DNA of 64,000 nt from NCBI GenBank assembly GCA_965248735.1, contig OZ252146.1, positions 4,050,925 to 4,114,924 on the forward strand. The letters are read 5' to 3'. A model generated the notes under the pieces. It was given only the letters and a program-made list of their open reading frames with translations, was not told the origin of the DNA and did no database searches. Source of the stretch: Candidatus Aldehydirespirator sp. (lineage in GTDB: Bacteria; Actinomycetota; Acidimicrobiia; Acidimicrobiales; Aldehydirespiratoraceae). Below, piece after piece: positions 27,146 to 37,270 of this stretch. The stretch's first letter is position 1. Every line of letters starts with the position of its first letter. The position numbers were made by a program, and so were the translations under genes.

Positions 27146-27196
27146 CCGGAAGGGCCGGTCACCCGGTTACGGGCCAACCAGCAAGCTACGCGCCGG

Positions 27197-27562
27197 TCAG
27201 CTGGCTGCAGGCAAGTCGGCCAGATGGGGCCGGTCGGGAAGGCGAAGGCCTATGAGCTTGCCGGCCGCGTGCAGTTCGAAATGCCACACGTCGACGTCGT
27301 CGGGACTGGTCTCGCGCAGCGATGTCACCGCGTGCCAGATGGCCAGGCGGGCCGCATGCGCGGTCGCCTCCGGGGACTCGGCCGCACGCGACACCGCGGC
27401 GTACCCGGCGGAGATTCCTGCATAGACGTCAGCGTGGACCGACACAGACACAGCCGCCCACTCCGCCAAGGCTCTGAGCGCGCGTGGCCTTGACCGGTTG
27501 ATCGGATCCTCGAACACCGCCTCGACCCAAGCGTGCCAAGCTGTCGAACCTCTACCCGCCAT
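27197..27562 (-). CDS. Hypothetical protein
   Basis: 121-aa ORF with genome-typical codon bias; no recognisable motif. Confidence 0.3.
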   Translation of the reverse strand: MAGRGSTAWHAWVEAVFEDPINRSRPRALRALAEWAAVSVSVHADVYAGISAGYAAVSRAAESPEATAHAARLAIWHAVTSLRETSPDDVDVWHFELHAAGKLIGLRLPDRPHLADLPAAS

Positions 27563-27610
27563 GCTTGCGCTCCCTTCAAATGCAACCCGGCGCGACCTGC
27601 GGCAGCAATG

Positions 27611-28689
27611 CTAGTGGCAACTCCCTGAGCTACGACCGTCGACGGCGGAGTGGTGGCAGGCCACGGCCGCCTCCATCGACGCCGCTACCGCCGGCTGGCC
27701 CTGCGGGCCTCGCAGATCAGGTTCCTGTTGGCTGCAGATCTCCGTAGCCATCGGACAACGGGGCGCGAAACTGCATCCCGGCGCGGCACCGACCGGCACG
27801 GGTGGCGAGCCGGCAATGGGCGTGAGCCTGGTGGCAGCCCTGTCCAGCCGGGGCACGGCGGCGAGCAGACCGGCCGTGTAGGGGTGACTGGCCCGGTGGT
27901 ACACGTCATGCACGTCGCCCCGCTCCACGCAGTGCCCGGCGTACATCACTATGACCCGGTCGGCCGCGCCTGCGACCACGCCGAGATCATGGCTGATGAT
28001 CATCATGGCTCCGGACATCCGCTGCCTCACTTCCGACAGGACCTCCAGCACCTGGGCCTGCACGGTCGCGTCCAGAGCGGTGGTCGGCTCGTCTGCGATG
28101 AGCACAACCGGGTCCAGCGCTACGCCCATGGCGATCATGACTCGCTGGCGCATCCCGCCCGACAGCTCGTGGGGATAGCAGCGGGCCCGCCGGCATCGGG
28201 GATGCCGACGCGCTCGAGCAGATCCGCGGCCCGAAGCCTGGCCTCTGTCTTGCGCAGCGGCCGATGGGCCCTGATCATCTCGGCGATCTGGTCCCCCACC
28301 CGCTGCACCGGGTTCAGAGCGGTGAGTGGGTCCTGGAAGATCATCGCGATCTCTGCGCCCCGCGCCCGGCGTCGGCGCAGCGGAGAGGCCGCCAGGAGGT
28401 CCTCGCCCGCCAGCCGCACCTCCCCGCCCGCGATCCGAGCCCGGCCCGGCAGCAGGCCGAGGATCGACAGGGCCAGCATCGTCTTGCCGCACCCGGACTC
28501 GCCGACAACGGCCAGCACCTCGCCGCCTAACAGGTCGAGGCTGATGTCGTTGACCGCGACGATGGTGCCTTCGTCGGTGTCGATCTCGGTGCGAAGGTTC
28601 CGGACCTGTAACAGCGGCTCACGACCAGCCGCGGCCGCCGCGTCGCCTCCGGTCGGCGGGGTGGGGGGTCCGAGCGCGCCGTCAGTCAT
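27611..28689 (-). pseudogene. Oligopeptide/dipeptide ABC transporter ATPase (DppD/OppD-like), frameshifted
   Basis: The N-terminal half is in one frame (Walker A GESGCGKT ... [10 protein letters not shown]). The C-terminal half is in another ([32 protein letters not shown]). The frames switch at about 28186-28195, consistent with a 1-nt indel. Confidence 0.75.
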
Positions 28690-29758
28690 CGGTGGTCCTG
28701 GGTCGGATCGAGAGAGTCGCGCAGGCCATCGCCGATGAAGTTCACGCACAGCACGGTGACGACGATGGCCAGCCCCGGAGCCCATACCAGCCACGGCGCA
28801 GTACTGACGAACCCCTCATTGCCGCCCAGCATGTTGCCCCACGTCGCCGTGCGGGTGGCGCTGACGCCGAGGCCTAGGAAGCTGAGGGGCGACTCGGCCA
28901 GGATGGCGGCTGCCACGCTGAGCGACACCGCCACCATGATCTCGCCAGCCAGGTTCGGCAGCAGATGGCGGACGATGATCCTGCGATTGGGAACCCCCAG
29001 CGCCCTAGCCGCCTCCACGAACTCGCGCTCCTTCAGGGCCAGCACCTTGCCCCGCACGATCCGTGCCGGGACCATCCATGTGATGCCAGCCAGAACCACC
29101 ACGACCTCCCAGACCCCGTCGCCGAGAATCCGCGCCGCGATGACCACCACCATCAGCCCGGGAAGCGCCAGCATGGTGTCAGCAAAGCGCATCAGCGCCG
29201 ACTCGACCCATCGCCCGTAGTAGCCGGACACGAGTCCGACGAAGGTCCCCACCACTCCGCTGATCAACGCCACCGCCCCACCGACCAGCAGCGAGACCCG
29301 GCCTCCGTAGAGGACCCGGCGGTGGCCCCGTGATCGATCAGCGAGCCGCGGCGGACCGCCGACAGCGTGCCGATGGTGAGACCCGCACCCAGCGACAGCA
29401 CCACCGCCGCAGACACCAGCAGCGCCGCAGACACCAGCAGCGCCGCAGACACCAGCAGCAACGTGTTGGCCATGGCCCTCTCCACGAAGGGCCACACGTC
29501 CTGGCCGTTGCGGACCAGCGACGTGCCGAAGTCACCCGTCGCGAGGTTGCCCAGCCACCTCAGGTAGCGCACACCGAAGGAGTCGTTGAGGCCCAGGGAC
29601 TCGGTGTAGGCCCGCCGGGCCTCCGCGCTGATGCGAGGGTTGACCGCAATCTGGGCTGCGGGACTGGAGATCTTGCCCGCGGCCCAGAAGGTGGCCAGCG
29701 AGATGAGCAGCAGAATCGGCGCCATGACGGCCAGACGCCGGACCGCGTAGCGGATCAT
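28686..29758 (-). pseudogene. Remnant of DppB-type and DppC-type permease genes, separated by a deletion and/or frameshift
   Basis: ORF 29264-29758 starts like DppB (MIRYAVRRLAVMAPILLLISLATF ... GDFGTSL) and then degenerates. ORF 28686-29495 is only the C-terminal ~200 aa of a DppC-like permease (ALPGLMVVV, FVEAARALG, SFLGLG). The missing parts imply loss of several hundred bp. Confidence 0.65.
29405..29458 (-). repeat. 18-nt tandem triplication (GCCGCAGACACCAGCAGC x3)
   Basis: Direct reading. Encodes LLVSAA x3 inside the DppB-like fragment. Confidence 0.9.
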
Positions 29759-29826
29759 GACTGCCGGTTCTTAAGGGCCGGTCTGTCCCGGCCCAGCACG
29801 TTCTCTCGGCCGGTCGGGCAGTCGGC

Positions 29827-30465
29827 TCACCGAATGACGGTCCAGTCGTACATGTCGTAGAAGCCGCCGTAGACGCTGGACACCCATTCGCCCGGTCCGT
29901 CCAAGACCTCCGGGTTCCAGGCCAGCAGGTTGGGCAACACGTACAGCGGGACCCATGGGACGTCTTCAGCCAGCAGAACCCCGAGCTCGCGCACGAGCTC
30001 GAGGCGGGCGGCCTCGTCGATCTCGGCGTCTATTGCGAAGGCCAGGTCGCTGGCCCGCTGGCTGGCGTAGGCCATGAAGTTCTGGCCGCCGAACCCGCGG
30101 GCTCCCAGTAGTTCTCGTTGGGGACCAGGATGTGTTGTTCCTGGCTCCAGGACTCCTGGCGCCAGGGTCCGCCCGAGATCGGGATCGAATCGTTCCAGTA
30201 GCCGGATATGTCGGTCTGGCCCTCGAATGCGTGGGCGGGCAGGATCCCGCCGAACAGCGTGCGCCAGGGCGCTTAGGGCTCGGAGAACGTGACGATTGCG
30301 GTCTGGGGATCGTCGTGGTTCACGTCGGTGATCAGGTCGTAGCCGATGGTGAGGAGCGAGCCCTCGGTGTCGAGCGCCGCCCGCCACGTGAACCACACGT
30401 CGGTGCTGGTGATCGGCGTCCCGTCGCTCCAGCGGGCCTCACCGTTGAGTCCCGGCGACACATCG
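29827..30465 (-). pseudogene. Family-5 solute-binding protein remnant (in-frame stop, internal deletion, N-terminus missing)
   Basis: SBP_bac_5-like pieces: WSDGTPITSTDVWFTW..TFSEP, then TAA (30273-30275) in frame, then APWRTLFGGILPAHAFEG..NENYWEP. A jump follows to the C-terminal piece NFMAYASQRASDLAF..PWVPLYV. The signal peptide and the first ~100 aa are absent. Confidence 0.65.
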
Positions 30466-31767
30466 CTAGCCGCGGCGGGGGCGACGGAGCAGGTATGCGG
30501 CCACTGCAGAGGCCCGAACCGGCCAGGGATCGAACGGACCCTGCTCCTCCACCGGTAGGGCTGGTTGCACGAACATGCGGTAGACGACATACAGCGCTAT
30601 CACGGCGTGGGCTGCGACCAGGATCGCGAAGAAGGCGCTGGGAGCGGTCAGAGACATGATCACTCCGCCCAGAGTCGGGCCGATCACCGCGCCGGCCCCG
30701 CTGACTCGCACCAGCGAGGCACTAGCTCCGGTCAACTGCGCGGGCGAGACGCTGTCGGCTGTGGTGGCCACCGCCAGCGAATACAGCGGGAACGTGCACC
30801 CGCCGTGGGCCAGCATCAGCAGCAGCGACAGAGCCGATCCCGGTGCCACGAGCAGGTGCAGTCCTGCGAACCCTGCCGCGGCGACGGCCACGACCAGGAT
30901 CACATAACGGCGCGGCACCCGGTCCGACGCCGCGCCTATCAGCCACTGGGTGGCCAAGGAACCCACTACGGGAGCGGCCACGAACAACGATATTCGGGAG
31001 GTGGGCAGTCCCTCAGTGGCCGCGTACACCGCCCCGAGGCCCATGAGGCTGCCCTGCCCGACCCCGACCCAGAACGCGGTCAGCATTCCCAGGGGCACGA
31101 TCTTGACCAGCTTGCGCAACGAGATCGGCTCGGGCACGGCCAGCGGCGGGGCGGTGGACGCCGACAGCGACACCGGCACCAGCGCCAGCGAGATCAGCGC
31201 GGACGACACCACGAACAGCTTGAAGCCCGCGGGGTTGGCGCTGTTGAGCATGAGCTGGCCGGCGCCCATAGCCCCCATCGTCACGATCATGTAGCGCGAC
31301 AGCATCCGGCCTCTGGTGGCGTTGGTGGCCATGTCGTTGAGCCACGACTCGACGGTCACGAGGATTCCGGCCAGGCACAGGCCGAAGATGAACCTCAGCA
31401 GGCCCCACGACAGCGGATGGATCCAGATGACGTGCAGGACAGAGGCGGCCGAGGCCACCGAGGCCAGGGCGGAGAACACCCTTATGTGGCCGACGGTGGC
31501 TATGAAGTGCTCGGCCGCCTTGGTGCCGAACAGGAAGCCCAGGAAGTAGCCGGCCATCACGACGCCGGTCACAGCCAGTCCGAAGTCCTCCAACTCGGCC
31601 CGCACTCCCAACGTAGCCCGCAGCAGCCCGTTGCAGGACATGACCAGGGCCACGCCGACCAGCAGCGACCTGACCGCTCCGAGGCCGTCGCCGCGGGGCT
31701 CTATCCACGGTCCACCCGACAGCCCGTCGTCGGCAGATTCGGGCCGCACAACGGCACCGGACGCCAC
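30466..31767 (-). CDS. MFS transporter
   Basis: 433 aa with ~12 hydrophobic segments and typical MFS loop motifs. Confidence 0.8.
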   Translation of the reverse strand: MASGAVVRPESADDGLSGGPWIEPRGDGLGAVRSLLVGVALVMSCNGLLRATLGVRAELEDFGLAVTGVVMAGYFLGFLFGTKAAEHFIATVGHIRVFSALASVASAASVLHVIWIHPLSWGLLRFIFGLCLAGILVTVESWLNDMATNATRGRMLSRYMIVTMGAMGAGQLMLNSANPAGFKLFVVSSALISLALVPVSLSASTAPPLAVPEPISLRKLVKIVPLGMLTAFWVGVGQGSLMGLGAVYAATEGLPTSRISLFVAAPVVGSLATQWLIGAASDRVPRRYVILVVAVAAAGFAGLHLLVAPGSALSLLLMLAHGGCTFPLYSLAVATTADSVSPAQLTGASASLVRVSGAGAVIGPTLGGVIMSLTAPSAFFAILVAAHAVIALYVVYRMFVQPALPVEEQGPFDPWPVRASAVAAYLLRRPRRG

Positions 31768-31924
31768 GGCGGGATCGTAACGACGCGACGGGATGACGGG
31801 GCGTCATTCGCGCGTGACACTTGTCGCAGAGCGACCGGCCCGGACCGTCCGGCCCCGCTGGATTCTCGACCGGATTGAATCAGCCGCGGGGCTGGTCCCG
31901 GTCCAACAATGGCTTGCGCCGGAA

Positions 31925-32722
31925 TCAGGCTCCGGCCAGGGCCTCCGCTATGGCCCGGCGGACCGGAATCGGGCTCTCGATCTGCAGGAAGTGGCCAACC
32001 CGGTCGAGGTAGACGGTTCGAACATCGCCGAATGCCTCGATCATGCCGGCGGCCCGCTTGTTCGGGGTCATCTTGTCCTCGCGGCCCAGCACCAGCGTCA
32101 CCGGGCACTGCACCCGGGCCGCCGCGGTCTCGGCGCCGTCGTAGGCGTTGCAGGCGGCCAGGTCGTTGGCCAGCACTCCCGGAGGTGCGCGGTCCAGTAG
32201 CGAGGTGTTGCCCCCGATGAGCCACATTCCCGGCGAGGCGTGTCCCCCGGTGTGGGCCCGGCTGCCGATGCCCCAGGAGGTGATGAGACGCCCGGCCACG
32301 GGATCGTCGGCGTCGGCCGCGGCCTGCAGCGCCGGATGAACGGGCATCGCCCCCGCCGTGCCCAGCAGCACCAGCGAGCGCACTGACTCAGGCGCCTGGG
32401 CGGCCGCCTCCAGCACCACGAAGGTGCCCATCGAGTGGCCGACCAGATGGGCCGGCGCCAGGCCCAGAGCCTCGACGGTGCCGGCCAGCCACACTCCCAT
32501 CTCGGCGATGGTGGCCCGCACCGGTCCGTCGCTGCCGCCGTGGCCGGGCAGGTCCACGGCAGCAGCCCGGTAGCCGTGATGTGCGATCCAGCGGGTCTGG
32601 AGCTGCCACACGGTGCGGTCGCCGCCCGCGCCGTGCACCAGCACCACCGCGGGCTGGTCGCCGTCGAGGCCGCGCCCCCCGGTGGCGCACCGCACGATCT
32701 GGCCGTCGATTGCCTGCTCCAC
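31925..32722 (-). CDS. Alpha/beta-fold hydrolase
   Basis: VVLVHGAGGDRTVW oxyanion region, nucleophile elbow GHSMG, and a C-terminal His region (VGHFLQIE). Confidence 0.8.
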   Translation of the reverse strand: MEQAIDGQIVRCATGGRGLDGDQPAVVLVHGAGGDRTVWQLQTRWIAHHGYRAAAVDLPGHGGSDGPVRATIAEMGVWLAGTVEALGLAPAHLVGHSMGTFVVLEAAAQAPESVRSLVLLGTAGAMPVHPALQAAADADDPVAGRLITSWGIGSRAHTGGHASPGMWLIGGNTSLLDRAPPGVLANDLAACNAYDGAETAAARVQCPVTLVLGREDKMTPNKRAAGMIEAFGDVRTVYLDRVGHFLQIESPIPVRRAIAEALAGA

Positions 32723-32765
32723 CGCGATCGGACCCTTCCGGTGGGCTCGCTAGCCCTTTGATCCC

Positions 32766-32813
32766 GAATTGGCAGCGGTGGCGGCCCAAAGAGGCATCAT
32801 CTGCTGCCAATTC
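32766..32813. repeat. Perfect 11-bp inverted repeat GAATTGGCAGC / GCTGCCAATTC (26-nt loop); REP-like hairpin downstream of metY
   Basis: Direct reading. The same GAATTGGCAGCG motif recurs (reverse complement) at 62346-62455. There is no U-tract, so it is not a canonical intrinsic terminator. Confidence 0.7.
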
Positions 32814-32835
32814 CTGTTGAAAACACCTCGCAGCT

Positions 32836-34137
32836 CTAGCGCTGGGAGGCCTTGAGGGCCCGCTCCAGGTCGTCGATGATGTCTCTGGGGTCCTCCAGTC
32901 CGACCGAGATCCTCACCAGGTCCTCCCCCACCCCGGCCGCGGCCAGGTCCTCGGCTGACATCTGCTGGTGGGTGGTGCTGGCCGGGTGGATGACCAGCGT
33001 CTTGGCGTCGCCCACGTTGGCCAGATGCGAGGCCAGCCGGACCGCAGAGATGAACTTGGCTCCGGCGTTGCGGCCGCCCGCTATGCCGAAGCTCAAGATG
33101 GCCCCGGTGCCCCGCGGGTAGAGACGGCGGGCCAGTTCGTGGTCGGGATGGTCCGGCATGGACGGGTACTTCACCCAGCTCACCGCGTCGTTGGCGGCCA
33201 GCGCGTCGACCACCGAGGTGGTGTTGGCCACGTGGCGCTGCATCCGCAGCGGCAGCGTCTCCACTCCCTGAAGGATCTGGAAGGCGTTGGCCGGGCTCAT
33301 GCAGGCCCCGAAGTCGCGCAGGCCCTCGGTTCGGGCCCTGCTGACGAAGGCGCTCGGGCCGAACTCGTCGCTGAAGCTGATGCCGTGGTAGCCGGCGTAG
33401 GGCTCGGTGAGGGTGCCGAACAAGCCCGAGGCGTCCCAGTCGAAGTGGCCGCCGTCGACGAGCACTCCGCCGAGGGCCACGCCGTGGCCGCCGAGGAACT
33501 TGGTGGCCGAGTGCATGACGATGTCGGCGCCGTGCTCGAACGCCCGGATCAGGTAGGGCGTCGAGAAGGTGGCGTCCACCATCAGCGGCAGGCGGTGGTC
33601 GTGGGCGACGTCGGCCACCGCAGCAATGTCGAGCACCTCGATGCCAGGGTTGCCGAGCGTCTCGGCGAACACGAGACGGGTGTCCGCGGTGATGGCCGCC
33701 GCGAACTCGTCGGGGCGGCGGGGGTCCACGAACGTGGTGGAGATGCCGAAGCGCCTCAGTGTGAGGTTGAGCATGTTGTGGGTGCCGCCGTAGATGTTGC
33801 GGCTGGCCACGATGTGGGCGCCCGAGCCCATGAGAGTGGCCACGGCCAGGAAGAACGCAGCCTGGCCGCTGGCGGTGGCCACCGCCCCCACTCCCCCCTC
33901 GAGGGCAGCGACCCGCTCCTCGAGCACGGCCACGGTGGGGTTGGAGATCCGCGAGTAGATGTGGCCCGGTATCTCAAGGTTGAACAGCCCGGCGGCGTGG
34001 TCGGTGTCCTCGAAGGAGTACGACGTGGTGAAATAGATGGGAACGGCCCGGGCCCCGGTGGCAGGATCGCTGTGCTGGCCGGCGTGCAGGCTCAGGGTGT
34101 CGAAGCGCAGGAAGTCAGGCTCAACCACGGGCAACAT
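32836..34137 (-). CDS. metY: O-acetylhomoserine aminocarboxypropyltransferase/sulfhydrylase
   Basis: Cys/Met-metabolism PLP enzyme with PLP-lysine region [11 protein letters not shown]. The N-terminus [10 protein letters not shown] and the length (433 aa) are typical of MetY. Confidence 0.9.
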   Translation of the reverse strand: MLPVVEPDFLRFDTLSLHAGQHSDPATGARAVPIYFTTSYSFEDTDHAAGLFNLEIPGHIYSRISNPTVAVLEERVAALEGGVGAVATASGQAAFFLAVATLMGSGAHIVASRNIYGGTHNMLNLTLRRFGISTTFVDPRRPDEFAAAITADTRLVFAETLGNPGIEVLDIAAVADVAHDHRLPLMVDATFSTPYLIRAFEHGADIVMHSATKFLGGHGVALGGVLVDGGHFDWDASGLFGTLTEPYAGYHGISFSDEFGPSAFVSRARTEGLRDFGACMSPANAFQILQGVETLPLRMQRHVANTTSVVDALAANDAVSWVKYPSMPDHPDHELARRLYPRGTGAILSFGIAGGRNAGAKFISAVRLASHLANVGDAKTLVIHPASTTHQQMSAEDLAAAGVGEDLVRISVGLEDPRDIIDDLERALKASQR

Positions 34138-34277
34138 CCTACGGTAGCCCGGTGACGCGTCGAGGCCCTGACCGTATCGGCTGGGGGTGACCGATCTTGG
34201 CAGGGCCTCGAGTTCTCGGGGGTCTCAGCCCCCTATGGGTGATCGTTGTGCCGGCCCGATGGAGGCCGGCAGGCTCG

Positions 34278-34427
34278 TCAGCGGTGAGCCCTGTAGGGTC
34301 GAGCGGCCGCTGAACCGGCGACCCTGAGCAGACCCTCGGCCACGCCTACGGCATAGCCCGGGCCCAGCGCGTCTCGCCACACCGTCGAGGGGTTGGTCTT
34401 GGTTTCGTAGCGGGGAATTGGTCTCAT
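34278..34427 (-). CDS. Candidate small ORF (49 aa), below the ORF-track cutoff
   Basis: ATG preceded by GAGGAGGAGCAAG (strong Shine-Dalgarno, 5-6 nt spacing). GC3 about 75 %, like real genes. Sequence: MRPIPRYETKTNPSTVWRDALGPGYAVGVAEGLLRVAGSAAARPYRAHR. No family recognised. Confidence 0.3.
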   Translation of the reverse strand: MRPIPRYETKTNPSTVWRDALGPGYAVGVAEGLLRVAGSAAARPYRAHR

Positions 34428-34531
34428 CTTGCTCCTCCTCTGCCTCTATAGCGCCTCTTCGTCGGCGTTGGATTCATTCTTTCAGCAGACGTCTCGAATT
34501 GCAATGAATTGGAGGTCAAAAGGGGTGTGAT

Positions 34532-36229
34532 TTACGTCACATCGACCGAGTCGCCAGCCTTGTAGAAGTCCACCGGCTCGGGGGGCAGGGGGGTGTTGCC
34601 GCAGATCAGGTCGGCGGCCTTCTCTGCCAGCATCATCACCGGCGCGTAGATGTTTCCGTTGGTGACGTACGGCATCGACGAGGCGTCCACCACCCGCAGC
34701 CCATTTGTGCCGTGGACTTCCAGGGTGTCGGGGTGCAGCGCGGCGTCGTCGCCCAGGCCCATGCGGGCGGTGCAGGAGGGGTGAAGGGCGGTCTCGGCGT
34801 CTCGGCGGACCCAGTCGAGGATCTCATTGTCGGTGCTCACCTCGGGGCCGGGCGACACCTCCCCGCCGTTGAAGGGTTCCATGGCCGGCTGGCTGAGGAT
34901 GTGGCGGGCGTGGCGCACCGCCTCCACCCATTCGCGGCGGTCCTCGTCGGTGGACAGGTAGTTGAAGCGCAGCGCGGGCTTGGTGCGGGGGTCGGCCGAG
35001 ACGATGGCCACAGTCCCCCGCGAGTTGCTGTACATCGGCCCGACGTGGACCTGGTAGCCGTGGCCGCCCTCGGGCACCGAGCCGTCGTAGCGGATGGCGA
35101 TGGGAAGGAAGTGGAACATCAGGTTGGGGTAGGGCACGTCGTCGTTGCTGCGGATGAAGCCGCCGGCCTCGAAGTGGTTGGTCGCGGCCGGCCCGCGGCG
35201 GGCCAGCCACTGCAGCCCGATCAAGGGCCGGCGCCACTTGGCCAGGTGCGGCTGCATCGACACCGGCTGCTTGCAGGCGTACTGGACGTACACCTCGAGG
35301 TGGTCCTGCATGTTGGCCCCCACCGCGGGCACGTCGGCCACGACATCGATGCCGTGGCGGCACAGCAGGCCAGCCGGCCCCACGCCGGAGAGCTGAAGCA
35401 GCTGGGGCGAGTTGATGGCGCCTCCGCAGCAGATCACCTCGCCGGCGCCCACGGTTCGGGTGCGGCCGCCCTTGACGTATTCCACGCCCGTGGCCCGGGT
35501 GCCATCGAAAAGGATCCTCGTGGTGAAGGCGCGGGTGGCGAGGTGCAGGTTGCGCCGGCCCAGCACCGGATGCAGGTAGGCCCGGGCCGCGCTGAGGCGG
35601 CGGCCCCGGTGAACGTTGCGGTCGAAGGCAGCGAAGCCCTCCTGGCGGTAGCCGTTGACATCTGTTGTGCGAGGGTGGCCCGCCTGCCCGGCGGCCTCCA
35701 GGAAGGCCTTGAAGAGAGGGTTGGCGGCCGGTCCGCGTTCCAGCACCAGCGGCCCGTCGCCGCCGCGGTAATTGCCGTTGCCGCGGGTGCCGTCGGGGCC
35801 GCTGTGGTCGTCGCCGGCCAGGCAGTTCTCCATGCGCTTGAAGTACGGCAGGCAGTGGGCGTAGTCCCAGTGCGCCATGCCCGGATCTGCGGCCCAGCGC
35901 TCGTAGTCGAGGGGGTTGCCCCGCTGGAAGATCATGCCGTTGATGCTGGAGGACCCGCCCAGCACCTTGCCCCGGGCGTGGTAGATGCGGCGACCCCCCA
36001 TGTGGGGCTCCGGTTCGGAGGTGTACTGCCAGTCGTAGAAGCGGCTGCCGATGGGGAACGACAGGGCCGCCGGCATATGGATGAACACGTCGAAGCGCCA
36101 GTCCCGCCGGCCCGCCTCCAGCACGAGGACCGATGTGCCGGGGTCGGCGCTGAGCCGGTTGGCGAGGGCGCATCCGGCCGAGCCTCCGCCCACGATCACG
36201 TAGTCGTAGCGGCCCTGGTTGTCTGCCAT
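34532..36229 (-). CDS. betA: GMC-family FAD oxidoreductase, choline dehydrogenase-like
   Basis: ATG 36229 with GAGGTGA Shine-Dalgarno. FAD fingerprint [23 protein letters not shown] signatures [13 protein letters not shown] and a C-terminal HPSCTARMG-type active-site His region. Confidence 0.85.
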   Translation of the reverse strand: MADNQGRYDYVIVGGGSAGCALANRLSADPGTSVLVLEAGRRDWRFDVFIHMPAALSFPIGSRFYDWQYTSEPEPHMGGRRIYHARGKVLGGSSSINGMIFQRGNPLDYERWAADPGMAHWDYAHCLPYFKRMENCLAGDDHSGPDGTRGNGNYRGGDGPLVLERGPAANPLFKAFLEAAGQAGHPRTTDVNGYRQEGFAAFDRNVHRGRRLSAARAYLHPVLGRRNLHLATRAFTTRILFDGTRATGVEYVKGGRTRTVGAGEVICCGGAINSPQLLQLSGVGPAGLLCRHGIDVVADVPAVGANMQDHLEVYVQYACKQPVSMQPHLAKWRRPLIGLQWLARRGPAATNHFEAGGFIRSNDDVPYPNLMFHFLPIAIRYDGSVPEGGHGYQVHVGPMYSNSRGTVAIVSADPRTKPALRFNYLSTDEDRREWVEAVRHARHILSQPAMEPFNGGEVSPGPEVSTDNEILDWVRRDAETALHPSCTARMGLGDDAALHPDTLEVHGTNGLRVVDASSMPYVTNGNIYAPVMMLAEKAADLICGNTPLPPEPVDFYKAGDSVDVT

Positions 36230-36325
36230 GGTCACCTCGCGAGCTCGCACCGGGACGCCTGCTGCCCCGTGCCATGCAACAATCGCGACCCTACCGCCGC
36301 CGCCCCGAAACCACGGAGGAACCCC

Positions 36326-36763
36326 GTGAGCGAGCCCACCCAGACCGCACCCAAGTCGCCGCCCTCGGGCCACTGCCTGTGCGGCGGCGTTAGCTACGAG
36401 GTGCACGGCCCGATCCGCCAGGTGTGGAACTGCCACTGCTGGCGCTGCCGCCGCTGGACGGGCCATCACATGGCGGGGACGGGGTGCGCGCGCTCTGACC
36501 TCCGACTGGTGTCGGACGCCACCCTGGCCTGGCACCACCCTGCCGACGATCCCAACGTGGCCTACGGCTTCTGCCGGGAGTGCGGCGGATCAGTGTTCTG
36601 GAAGGTGATTGAGGGCCCGCCGGACCAGACCGACCACATCGCCATCTGCGCCGGCACCCTGGACCTGCCCACGGGCCTGCACACCGAGCGGGCCCTGTTC
36701 GTTGACGACGCCGCCGACTACCACACCCTCGACCCGGCGGTTGCCGCCTGGAGCCGCGAGTAA
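36326..36763 (+). CDS. GFA (glutathione-dependent formaldehyde-activating / CENP-V-like) family protein
   Basis: GTG with GGAGGA Shine-Dalgarno. Zinc-binding Cys pattern [12 protein letters not shown] ... [11 protein letters not shown] ... [11 protein letters not shown]. Confidence 0.75.
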   Translation: MSEPTQTAPKSPPSGHCLCGGVSYEVHGPIRQVWNCHCWRCRRWTGHHMAGTGCARSDLRLVSDATLAWHHPADDPNVAYGFCRECGGSVFWKVIEGPPDQTDHIAICAGTLDLPTGLHTERALFVDDAADYHTLDPAVAAWSRE

Positions 36764-36793
36764 TCCCCTCACCTCGATCCCAATCTCGAGGCC

Positions 36794-37048
36794 CTAGAGG
36801 CCGAGCGGATCGGCCGCGAATCGTAGTCGCAAGACGACGTTCCCAGCGAGGCCGTGGCCCGAGCGGCCCGTGAGTAGCCCTATGTCAAGCTCGCCTCAAA
36901 TCTGCACGGGTATTGCTCATATGTGACGGGTTTCTCTACTGATTTCGGTCGAGTGGGCCCGAGCGGCCCGTGAGCGCAGCGAACAGGAGCGGGAAACACA
37001 ACGCCTCACAGCGAGGCGTTCACTGCCTATCCGCGCACGTTCTAGGCC
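36794..37048 (+). repeat. MITE-like element, copy B (with internal ~75-nt insertion and partial core duplication)
   Basis: The 5' half is CTAGAGGCCGAGCGGATCGG...GAGGCCGTGGCCCGAGCGGCCCGTGAG. A unique AT-richer stretch follows. The 3' half is GGCCCGAGCGGCCCGTGAGCGCAGCGAACAGGAGCGGGAAACA...CTATCCGCG. Confidence 0.65.
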
Positions 37049-37123
37049 ACGAGTAGCGTCTGCAGATCAATCTGCGGTCGGCATGTGAGCGGGATCTGGT
37101 CCAGGCCCTGGCGAGAGCGCGTA

Positions 37124-37270
37124 AGAGGCCGAGCGGATAGACAGCAGTTCATGAGGATCTTCGCAAGGCGCCGAGCGAGGCCGTGGCCCGAGCGGCCCGT
37201 GAGCGCAGCGAACAAGAGCGGGAACGACATGCTTCAGTGCGAGGCCTCGTCACCTATCCGCGGGGCCTCT
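37124..37270 (+). repeat. MITE-like element, copy C
   Basis: AGAGGCCGAGCGGATAG ... core ... CTATCCGCGGGGCCTCT (15/17 terminal inverted repeat). Its 3' part contains the ATG and the first 14 codons of the downstream lipoprotein gene. Confidence 0.8.

Noticed and set aside
34138-34277. SAM-I or SAM-IV riboswitch upstream of metY
   Set aside because: Only a weak GGCCGGCA-CAAC resemblance to the GGCCGGCAACC core. The GGUGCC and P1 elements are not identifiable by eye. Kept only as an unclassified structured leader in the findings.
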